Shown in pieces: positions 27,126 through 35,287 of a stretch of 64,000 nt of DNA; position 1 is the stretch's first letter, and every line of letters starts with the position of its first letter. Under the pieces are notes generated by a model that had not been told where the DNA came from, ran no database searches, and saw only the letters and a program-made list of their open reading frames with translations. Origin of the DNA: an uncultured Lachnospiraceae bacterium (lineage in GTDB: Bacteria > Bacillota > Clostridia > Lachnospirales > Lachnospiraceae); contig CAJTOL010000017.1 of NCBI GenBank assembly GCA_910577645.1, positions 696 to 64,695 of the forward strand, read 5' to 3'. The position numbers and the translations under genes were made by a program.

Positions 27126-27412
27126 CGACTGACGGGCCGAATGACGATTACTTAAGCCAGGCAATCTGTAATTCCCTAAGGCCGGCAGCTATATCGCCGC
27201 CTTTCTCCTATTACAAATTCCTCATAGTATTTTGTCAGGCTCCCTGGAATTTAACGGTTTCATCGCGGATTTCTTTCCAATTATTTATTGATTCATTGAA
27301 CAATTTCACGAAGATGTCATCTTATTGTCACTGTAAAATTATCTATACCTACGATATAATATCATCAAGACTATTGCAATGGTTTAAATCTTTATAAGCG
27401 GCGGTTAAATAT

Positions 27413-28339
27413 ATGAAAAAATTAGCAGTATTATTACTTTCTGGTTCTATTGGTCTTAGCAACGCATTTTGTTCATTATTGTTTCTTGGGATTATATGTT
27501 TTTTAATTACCAGAAATAGTACATTTATTGAATCCTCAGCTCCTGAACAAAGTAACTCAGATACATTTTTTGCCCAATTGGTTGACCATTATGTTGATGA
27601 TGACAAATTAACGGCATTATATAATGAACCAGATATCCTTGAACGTTTAATAGCTTTTAATAAATGTCTGAATGAACAACTTAATTATTATGAATTATCC
27701 TTTCAAGCGCTCCAAAGTTTAGAGTATTTTAAAGGAACTGATAACTTTGTTAAAATATACAACAGAAAAGGCGACCAAATAAAAAATCAGAAAATAGAAA
27801 TAGATGAGCAAATTTGTTATGTAACATCATTAAATACAATTGGAGTAAATGAAAAATTTTTTAATGAATATTTACCACTTGTAGAGGAAGGAAATAGCTT
27901 CGCTTCTGAAGACTATATATTATCCACTTCAACTGAAATTCCAATAATATTAGGGCATCACTATAAAGAATACTATAAAGTTGGAGATATTATACAACTA
28001 AATTTTCTTGAAAAGAACTTTGACTTTTACATCAAAGGTTTTTTCCCGGAAAATCTATCTATATATTATAATAGCAAAAGCATTGATATAAATAATTACA
28101 TATGTATGCCCAGCTTCAACTATACTGCCAAAAGTGAAGATGCTAATGATAATTTAATTTGGTGGGCAAGGTATTACCTTCAAAAAAACCATGGATATAT
28201 CAGGTATAATTCCCAAGATGAGTTAGAATCTATCAAACAGATCGTAACTGAGTTGGCCCAAAAATATGACTTAGATTATTCAATCATAGATTCTGTTAAT
28301 CGCATAAGCAGAAGTCATGAAGGGGGTATCGCAAAATGA
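27413..28339 (+). CDS. Membrane-anchored hypothetical protein, possibly the N-terminal half of a DUF1430/FtsX-type bacteriocin-associated permease (truncated?)
   Basis: It has one N-terminal TM segment followed by an AT-rich, Asn/Lys/Tyr-rich extracytoplasmic-looking domain. No C-terminal TM bundle follows. A hairpin with a T-run sits at 28431..28474. Confidence 0.35.
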   Translation: MKKLAVLLLSGSIGLSNAFCSLLFLGIICFLITRNSTFIESSAPEQSNSDTFFAQLVDHYVDDDKLTALYNEPDILERLIAFNKCLNEQLNYYELSFQALQSLEYFKGTDNFVKIYNRKGDQIKNQKIEIDEQICYVTSLNTIGVNEKFFNEYLPLVEEGNSFASEDYILSTSTEIPIILGHHYKEYYKVGDIIQLNFLEKNFDFYIKGFFPENLSIYYNSKSIDINNYICMPSFNYTAKSEDANDNLIWWARYYLQKNHGYIRYNSQDELESIKQIVTELAQKYDLDYSIIDSVNRISRSHEGGIAK

Positions 28340-28568
28340 AATAAGGGAACTTTCTATTAGCGAAAATTGGCGGACAGCGTTAATAGAAAGTCCCTGCTTT
28401 CATTTTTCCCCCTCAGCTTTATATGTAGATAAATACGGAACGAATCCTGGCTTTTATGAATCCCTTCCGTATTTTATTTTGATATACTTTAAAAGGAGTC
28501 CTCGGTTGAAAGCGTAATTGGCTCTGAGCCTCCATTAGCATAAACGGTGCCAGTGGTTCTACTACAAA

Positions 28569-29255
28569 TTATTTAACATTTTCTACAATTTTTCTGATTT
28601 CATTTTCATCTGTTAACGTAGTCTGCAGAATATAGTAACTCTCATTGATATTCCAATATAAATAATTTTCAAAACGCTTGTCTTTTGATTTGAAAAACTG
28701 TCCGGTAGCATTATCTAACTCCAATTCGTATAAATCATAATGTTCGACATCAATTTGATAAATATGCTTTTTAGAAGACGTTTGTAATCGTATTATATCT
28801 CCATCGGAATTTGAATATGTTACATAATATCTTAATTTTGTAGAATGTGTTTCTGTAAGCCTGAAACCGTCTGGAATATAATTCAGTATGATTGGCTCTG
28901 TGGTTTCTGCAATATCATTAGTAAATGAAAATTGTATATATTTATCACAAATACTTGTAATAACATTATGGCAGGCAGCGCGTACTTCCTCAAATTGCAG
29001 TAATACTGCAAAGCTGATACCTGTAATGAAAATAATTATGGATACAATTTTTTTGCAGTACCGCAATGTAGTTCGAGATAGTTCCCGAAAGCGTAATCGT
29101 TTAATAAGTTGTTTCATCTTATAATCATAGTGCTCAGGAAGTACTACCTTATTTATTTTTTCAGATGGATAATTTTCTAGATCATCCAAGCTATTTTTAA
29201 TAACAGTGGCTTTTAAAAGAGATTCCCACATTTCATTATTGTAATCATTTGCCAT
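28569..29255 (-). CDS. Anti-sigma factor-like membrane protein (DUF4367-type)
   Basis: Single central TM segment (IVSIIIFITGISFAVLL). An 11-nt overlap links it with the upstream ECF sigma gene. The C-terminal domain resembles DUF4367 (YIPDGF...). Confidence 0.6.
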   Translation of the reverse strand: MANDYNNEMWESLLKATVIKNSLDDLENYPSEKINKVVLPEHYDYKMKQLIKRLRFRELSRTTLRYCKKIVSIIIFITGISFAVLLQFEEVRAACHNVITSICDKYIQFSFTNDIAETTEPIILNYIPDGFRLTETHSTKLRYYVTYSNSDGDIIRLQTSSKKHIYQIDVEHYDLYELELDNATGQFFKSKDKRFENYLYWNINESYYILQTTLTDENEIRKIVENVK

Positions 29256-29784
29256 GAAGATATCCTCTCAGTTTGTCTTTTAAAAGAAGATTGGCCCGAT
29301 AAAGCCGGGTTTCGACAGTGCGCTTTTGCAGGTTTAAAAAAGCAGCAATTTCTTCGTTGCTGAATTCATTAACATATCTTAATTCTAATACAGAGCGATA
29401 TATTTCATTTAATTCCCCTATCGCTTTTTCGAGATAAGAAAGATCTTCGCTACGGATCATGTTATCAACAATTTCGTCAGAAGGAGAAGACAAATTCAGA
29501 TGGGCTTCAAAAGATTCTTCTTGAATCTTGCTCTTATCTCGAAGATAGTTTATACAGTAATTCCGCGTAGCAGTAATAATATAATTTTGAGATTTTTTGT
29601 AGTTATTCAAATCAATTTTATCTAAATGATAGGCCAGTCGTATAAAAATATCCTGCGACAAGTCTTCTATAAGGGTTTCATCATTTGTGTAACGTTTGAG
29701 TGTAAAATAAATGGTTTTGCCATAAGTTTCATATAATTTGGTAAATTTATCGCATTCTTCGTGGGTATCAAAAACTAGTATCAT
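29245..29784 (-). CDS. ECF-type sigma-70 family RNA polymerase sigma factor
   Basis: Region 2-like (EDLSQDIFIRLAY) and region 4 HTH (FSNEEIAAFLNLQKRTVETRLYRA). Confidence 0.8.
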   Translation of the reverse strand: MILVFDTHEECDKFTKLYETYGKTIYFTLKRYTNDETLIEDLSQDIFIRLAYHLDKIDLNNYKKSQNYIITATRNYCINYLRDKSKIQEESFEAHLNLSSPSDEIVDNMIRSEDLSYLEKAIGELNEIYRSVLELRYVNEFSNEEIAAFLNLQKRTVETRLYRANLLLKDKLRGYLHGK

Positions 29785-29801
29785 ATGTTAGACTCCTAAT
29801 T

Positions 29802-30140
29802 TTATTCTTTTTGGCAGTTTAATTCGGCCGAAATAATATAATCAAAAATGTTTAGAAGCTTTTCCTGCTCTTTTAACGGTAATTCTGTTAATCTTCTTTC
29901 AAGATGTTTCAGTTGAGAATAGCTGTACATATTAATTTCGTCTCCAAGCAAACTGTCAGCAGGAATATTTAATGCATTGACGAGTTTAATAAGAGTGTCT
30001 AAGCTAGGAGATTTTTCACCACGTTCCATGTAAGAAATAAAAATAGTGCTACATTCGATCTTTTCGGCCAATCCTTCTTGACTATAGCCAGCCTGTTCCC
30101 TATATTTCTGCATACGTTTTCCAAATGCTTTTTTATCCAT
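29802..30140 (-). CDS. XRE-family HTH transcriptional regulator
   Basis: FGKRMQKYREQAGYSQEGLAEKIECSTIFISYMERGEKSPSLDTLIKLVNAL is a classic Cro/C1 HTH. Confidence 0.85.
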   Translation of the reverse strand: MDKKAFGKRMQKYREQAGYSQEGLAEKIECSTIFISYMERGEKSPSLDTLIKLVNALNIPADSLLGDEINMYSYSQLKHLERRLTELPLKEQEKLLNIFDYIISAELNCQKE

Positions 30141-30359
30141 GTTAAAACCTCATCTTAGTTTAAAGTATAATACCTTTAGTATTATTTAATAAAGTATACA
30201 GAAAATCGTAGGTTTATTACACAAACTATAAGTTTTATATTTAATACTATAAGTAGTGACATAATAAGTTTTGGGACAATTTTGTGACAATATAAGGACA
30301 CCTTGTAGAAAAATGAAAAATTTTAGTGTTAATTATATTGTAGAAATGGGGGAATTGAT

Positions 30360-30725
30360 ATGACAGAGATGCAGATAAAACATTTATTGAGTAAATATAT
30401 TTTTATACAGCAAGAAATAGAGATATTAAAGAACTATGAATCCTGCTATAAAGAACCAATAGCAAGTAAATATAAGAAAAAGGAATTTTACATAAATCTT
30501 TTGTCCAGTGCAATAAAGATTTTGGATGAAAAAGAGCGCTTTGTAATTGAGACACATTTAATTAATCAGAAAACTTGGTTGGAAACAACAGAATTGTATG
30601 AAGGAAAGTGCGGAATTTTAAATAGGCGTTCAGAGCGAACATTGAAACGCATACAGTCAAAAGCGTTAACAAAGATATGGGATTTCATTACCAAGTTACC
30701 GATAGAGATTGATGATATAGAATAA
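30360..30725 (+). CDS. Small sigma-70 region-4-like / ArpU-like regulator (Tn916 orf7-like)
   Basis: 121 aa. LDEKERFVIETHLINQKTW...SERTLKRIQSKAL resembles a sigma region 4 HTH. It is divergent from the XRE gene, as in conjugative-transposon regulatory modules. Confidence 0.5.
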   Translation: MTEMQIKHLLSKYIFIQQEIEILKNYESCYKEPIASKYKKKEFYINLLSSAIKILDEKERFVIETHLINQKTWLETTELYEGKCGILNRRSERTLKRIQSKALTKIWDFITKLPIEIDDIE

Positions 30726-30790
30726 AAGCCAGACACAGCTCTGCTTTTATGCCTTATGAGACTGTGCATAAAAGCAAAACCATTTATCTC

Positions 30791-31480
30791 CTATTCTTTT
30801 TGTTCTTCCAAATACCTGTTTTCATTATACAGCAGGTGAAAATACATAGCCTGCTGGGCTTCCACCGCCTGCCTGTCCCGAATGGCATTAAAAATTGCCC
30901 GGTGGGAAATTCGGGTCTGTTCATATTCCACAGACTTAACCTCACTGGCAAATACTGTTATTCCTTTTCCGATAACCGGAACCAGGTTGGACATAACGCT
31001 GTTGTGGCTGCATATTGCAATCTGCTGATGGAATTCAATATCTTTATCCGAATAATCCTGGCGCTTTTCAATCATCTCTTCTATCTCTAAAAGAATCTCT
31101 TCCAGCTTTTCTATGTCCCCGGCCTCAGCATTTTGGGCCGCTAAAGCCGCAATCGGCGGTTCCAGCATTACCCGCACCTGAATCAGATCCCGGTTCAGCT
31201 TCTTTCGATCCTCAACCATAGAAAATCCAAAAGGATCATCTGCTACTCCCTGTTTTTCAGAAATGAAAGTTCCCGCTCCCTGCCGTATGGTCACAATATT
31301 TCGGGATACCAGAAGCCGCAGCGCTTCCCGAACTGTATTTCGTCCCACCCCCAAACGCTCGGAAAGCTCTGCCTCTGTGGGAAGCTTATCTCCCGGGCCA
31401 TAGCTGCCCTGCCGTATCAGATCAATCAGCTCTTTGGCCGCCTGTTCTGCTAATGTTTTGTGTTCTCCTTGTTTTTCCAT
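30791..31480 (-). CDS. GntR-family regulator, FadR subfamily (FCD domain)
   Basis: N-terminal winged helix (KLPTEAELSERLGVGRNTVREALRLL) plus a helical FCD-type C-terminal domain. Confidence 0.85.
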   Translation of the reverse strand: MEKQGEHKTLAEQAAKELIDLIRQGSYGPGDKLPTEAELSERLGVGRNTVREALRLLVSRNIVTIRQGAGTFISEKQGVADDPFGFSMVEDRKKLNRDLIQVRVMLEPPIAALAAQNAEAGDIEKLEEILLEIEEMIEKRQDYSDKDIEFHQQIAICSHNSVMSNLVPVIGKGITVFASEVKSVEYEQTRISHRAIFNAIRDRQAVEAQQAMYFHLLYNENRYLEEQKE

Positions 31481-31707
31481 TATCCTCTCCGCTTTATTTG
31501 TTTCTTCTAGATTATCATATTTCGTCCTTTTTTTCTACCGCCTCTTTTCTGCTTTCCGATTAATTGCTTTCCGCCAGATGCAAACACCGTTTGCGGGAGA
31601 TCTGTCCCAAATGAATACGGCGCAGCAGGCTACGGATACCTGACCCCAGCAAAAGTATTGCGCCGCCTTAGCAGGGATGGTATAATCAAAAATTGAGGTG
31701 ATTTTAC

Positions 31708-33045
31708 ATGAATACAAAACAGTCTCTTACAGAAGGAAATATTGTAAAAAGTGTGATTTTGTTTTCCGTTCCCTTCCTTTTAGCCAACTTGATTCAGGCT
31801 TTGTATGGGGCGGTGGATTTAATGGTTATTGGCTGGTATTGTTCGCCGGAAAGCGTGGCGGCAGTGTCCACAGGCACCCAGGTAACCCAGATTATCACAA
31901 GTATGGTCTCAGGTCTGACTTTGGGCGGTACCGTATTGGTAGGAAAATATGTAGGCATGAAACGGCCAAATGATGTGAGGGATACCATTGCCACCAATCT
32001 CTCGGTGTTCTTCATTGCAGGCATAATTTTGACCGCCCTTCTGCTGATTTTTGTATCTCCAATTTTGACAACCTTAAAAACTCCGGAGCTGTCCTTTCCT
32101 CTGGCAATGCAATATGTCTCTGTCTGCGCCTGGGGCGTTGTGTTTATCTGTGGATACAATGCTATCAGCGCCATTTTACGGGGGTATGGGGATTCCAAAA
32201 GCCCTTTGATTTTTGTGGCTGTCTCCGGTTTTCTTAATCTAATTGGAGATGTTCTTTTGGTAAAATATCTGCATATGGACGTTTCCGGAACCGCTCTGGC
32301 TACTATCTGCTCCCAGGGAATCAGCATGATTTTAGCTATGGTTTATCTCAATAAGCGGGATTTTATTTTTCGGTTCCGGCTGAAGAATTTTAAAATTTCC
32401 AGAGAAAAGCTGCGGGAGCTGGCTTATGTGGGAATCCCCATTTCCCTTCAGGAATGTATGGTGCGCCTTTCCTTCTTATATCTGACCTCCGTCACCAACC
32501 GGCTGGGCGTTAACGCGGCGGCTGCTGTGGGCATTGCCAGTAAATACGATGTATTTGCCATGCTTCCCGCCACCTCTGTAGCCAACGCCCTGGCCGCCAT
32601 TGTGGCCCAAAATTATGGCGCAAAGCAGTTTAAACGGATGAACCAGTCTCTGGCTGTGGGCATCTTGTTTGCCCTTCCTTTTTCTACCGCCTTCTTCCTG
32701 TGGGCCCAGATAAGTCCTGAATCTATGATCCGGGTATTTTCTAATGACGCCGCCATTATTGCAACCGGAATCCCATTTTTCAGGACCTGCAGCTTTGATT
32801 ATCTGTGCGTACTGTTTGTGTTTACCCTAAATGGCTACTTAAACGGCCGCTCCCGGACTATGTTTACTATGGTAAGCTGCTGCTTTGGAGCTCTGGCCCT
32901 GAGGATGCCGCTGATTTATGCCGCCTGCCATTATGCGCCGGACGAGCTGGGAATTATTGGGACCGTGGCTCCTGCTGTTTCTGGTATTATGGCGGTATAT
33001 ACGTTGGTTTATGTACTGCATTTAATGCGGAAAACAGAAAAATAA
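31708..33045 (+). CDS. MATE-family efflux transporter
   Basis: 445 aa with 12 predicted TM segments. The N-terminal LTEGNIVKSVILFSVPFLLANLIQALYGAVD is the typical MATE start. Confidence 0.85.
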   Translation: MNTKQSLTEGNIVKSVILFSVPFLLANLIQALYGAVDLMVIGWYCSPESVAAVSTGTQVTQIITSMVSGLTLGGTVLVGKYVGMKRPNDVRDTIATNLSVFFIAGIILTALLLIFVSPILTTLKTPELSFPLAMQYVSVCAWGVVFICGYNAISAILRGYGDSKSPLIFVAVSGFLNLIGDVLLVKYLHMDVSGTALATICSQGISMILAMVYLNKRDFIFRFRLKNFKISREKLRELAYVGIPISLQECMVRLSFLYLTSVTNRLGVNAAAAVGIASKYDVFAMLPATSVANALAAIVAQNYGAKQFKRMNQSLAVGILFALPFSTAFFLWAQISPESMIRVFSNDAAIIATGIPFFRTCSFDYLCVLFVFTLNGYLNGRSRTMFTMVSCCFGALALRMPLIYAACHYAPDELGIIGTVAPAVSGIMAVYTLVYVLHLMRKTEK

Positions 33046-33057
33046 AAAACCGCCTTT

Positions 33058-33843
33058 TTAATTCTTCAAATACAAAATATTTTCTTTCCTGCCCCGGCAA
33101 ACCTTGGCCAGCTTCTGGGTCAGACCATCCAGCACTGTCTGATCTAATCTCCTGGCCTGAACCGGGCAAATAGTTCTGCACCTCATACAGGCAATACAGA
33201 TTTCCGAATGGGTTTCCCGGGGATTGTCTGCCGGAATTGCCTGAACCGGGCATCCGGCTGCACAGGCGCCGCAGCCGGTACAAGTATCGTCAGCCTGGGG
33301 TTTTAAAGACACGATTCCAAAGGGCTTATAGGGCCGGTTTCCGGGAATCCATTCAGCATCAGTTTCTTCTGACATACCTTCTTTTGTCAGATGCCGCTTA
33401 ATTTCCGCCCCAAATTCCTGCAGCCTGGCCCAATCCTCCTTGTCCGGCCGGCCGGCGCCATACTGATGTACAATAGAGTGCTGAGCCACTGCACTGATTG
33501 CAGCTTCACAGACAAATCCGGCGGCTGTCAGGGTATCCTCCAGTTCCACCAGGGTATCTTCAAATTCCCGGTTTCCGTAAACTGCCATTAAAACCGCTTT
33601 TGCTCCTCCGCCGGACATAGAGGCCAGCCGTTCTACAGCAATCGCCGGAACCCGTCCACCATAGGAAGGGACAGCGGCTACGCAAAGATCCCCTTTTTTA
33701 AACTGGTAGCGGGAATAGTCCTCCCCATAAACTGACAAATCAACTTCTGTCACGTTCTGCCCATCTGCCAGGGCCCGGCAGACAATGCCTGCGGCCTTTT
33801 TTGTTCCCCCTACGGGGCTGAAATAGATATTATAAATTTCCAT
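33058..33843 (-). CDS. EFR1-type flavodoxin-like protein with two 4Fe-4S ferredoxin motifs
   Basis: IYFSPVGGTKK is a flavodoxin-like start. CTGCGACAAGCP and CIACMRCRTICP are ferredoxin clusters. Start is ATG 33843 behind GAGGGGAGAAG. Confidence 0.7.
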   Translation of the reverse strand: MEIYNIYFSPVGGTKKAAGIVCRALADGQNVTEVDLSVYGEDYSRYQFKKGDLCVAAVPSYGGRVPAIAVERLASMSGGGAKAVLMAVYGNREFEDTLVELEDTLTAAGFVCEAAISAVAQHSIVHQYGAGRPDKEDWARLQEFGAEIKRHLTKEGMSEETDAEWIPGNRPYKPFGIVSLKPQADDTCTGCGACAAGCPVQAIPADNPRETHSEICIACMRCRTICPVQARRLDQTVLDGLTQKLAKVCRGRKENILYLKN

Positions 33844-33860
33844 ATTTCTTCTCCCCTCTA

Positions 33861-35276
33861 TTATTTGCAAACAGTTTCTTCTATAATATTATTAATCTGG
33901 CTTCTTAACTCTGCAATTTTACTGTACAAACCTTTTTGTTTCCCAATCTCTCTCTCGATCTCATCTACAATCTTCTGTTGCTCTTCCGGTAAAAGATCCG
34001 GGGCAGGAAATTCCTGCATAACGATAGGAAATATATTCTGATTCTGTAATCCTTTTTTATATAGTTCAATCAAATATTGAAAATATTTGCTTCTCAGATA
34101 ATAGTATCCGAACATGGGATTATATTTCTGGCTGTCAAAGCGAATTCTCATTGTAAAATCCGCAAATATCCCTTTAAAGTCCTCTTTTACAATAGCTGTC
34201 TTTCCTATTGCAACGCCTGAGCGGGCCATAACAATATCCCCTTTTTCCAGTGTCTTATCTTTTTTGGCCTGGTAAAAGGAATCGGAAACTAATTGAGTTT
34301 CATCCAGCTCTATTTCCAATGTTTTGATAGTGGCCATGGACACGTAATATGCCTCTCCCCTCTCGTCAAAATCTTCCGGTGAAATACTTGCGCCAAGGAC
34401 AATGGGCGCTGCCAGAAAGTGTTTAATTTTCTTATCCGTCGTCCCGGCAAGCTGCTTTTTTACAAATGCGCCGGCTGGCCGGTGGTATTTTGCACTGAAA
34501 CGCAAATCCAGGTTGTTGCCAAAGTCCTGCTGTTCCAGATGATAATTCTTTTCTTCTTTTAATTTTTCAAATTTCTTATAATCAAAAACAAATTTTTTCT
34601 GAAAAGCAGAATCTATAATCTCCTGCAAGCTTCGCAATTCTAACGATAATTTTTTAGCAGTTTTAAGCGTCTCGCTTATCTTTTTCTCGATGGCATCTTT
34701 ATTATCAATTAATTGGTCTATTATCGTTTTATTAAATCTTACCTCTTTTATATCTGTTTCGTTAATTGTCGGATACCCTTTTCCCTGCCTGGATACCGCT
34801 ATCAAATTCTCATAAAAAATGGTACGTAAACCATGGTAAAGAATCTCCGGTATTTTTTTAGGTTTGATTCTTATAAAAGCGGATGTAAAATATACATCTT
34901 CCATATCTTCATCAATAAGTACAAATTTCTTTAAATTAGGCCTCACTTTAGATATAAGAATATCGCCTTTTTCCGCTGCTATGATATCGCCTTTTTCTAT
35001 TTTCTTGTAATAATTTTCATTAATTAAACTACGTTCATTAAAGTTTAAAACAACCGGTGTTATATTTCCATTTTTATCTACATTTCCTATTTCACAGTAT
35101 TTAAAATCACAATATAGCTGTTCTTCTGAAATTATTTTCGTTTCAGGAAAGCAAAACAAATCGTAAAATATATAATATTCCTGCAGATGGTTCTGATAAT
35201 ATTTATGAAAATCGTAATCACTTCGGAAGCTCTTTTCATAGCTGAGTTTTTCAAAATCAACGTTATTTATTTTCAT
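33861..35276 (-). CDS. Restriction-modification specificity (S) subunit with two target-recognition domains
   Basis: It has two TRD-like halves separated by helical spacers and a C-terminal LPEEQQKIVDEIE motif. ATG 35276 lies 12 nt after the upstream stop. An alternative GTG at 35297 would overlap the upstream gene. Confidence 0.8.
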   Translation of the reverse strand: MKINNVDFEKLSYEKSFRSDYDFHKYYQNHLQEYYIFYDLFCFPETKIISEEQLYCDFKYCEIGNVDKNGNITPVVLNFNERSLINENYYKKIEKGDIIAAEKGDILISKVRPNLKKFVLIDEDMEDVYFTSAFIRIKPKKIPEILYHGLRTIFYENLIAVSRQGKGYPTINETDIKEVRFNKTIIDQLIDNKDAIEKKISETLKTAKKLSLELRSLQEIIDSAFQKKFVFDYKKFEKLKEEKNYHLEQQDFGNNLDLRFSAKYHRPAGAFVKKQLAGTTDKKIKHFLAAPIVLGASISPEDFDERGEAYYVSMATIKTLEIELDETQLVSDSFYQAKKDKTLEKGDIVMARSGVAIGKTAIVKEDFKGIFADFTMRIRFDSQKYNPMFGYYYLRSKYFQYLIELYKKGLQNQNIFPIVMQEFPAPDLLPEEQQKIVDEIEREIGKQKGLYSKIAELRSQINNIIEETVCK

Positions 35277-35287
35277 AATCAGCGCTT

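Noticed and set aside
27050-27397. A 115-aa plus-strand ORF in the gap upstream of the glpA-like operon.
   Set aside because: It has no RBS and an implausible composition, and it spans a minus-strand terminator and promoter-like elements. I treated the region as non-coding (see the leader/sRNA finding).
28317-28517. A 66-aa ORF following the 308-aa membrane protein.
   Set aside because: It has no RBS and no recognisable similarity, and it contains the terminator hairpin at 28431..28474. It is probably non-coding or a remnant.
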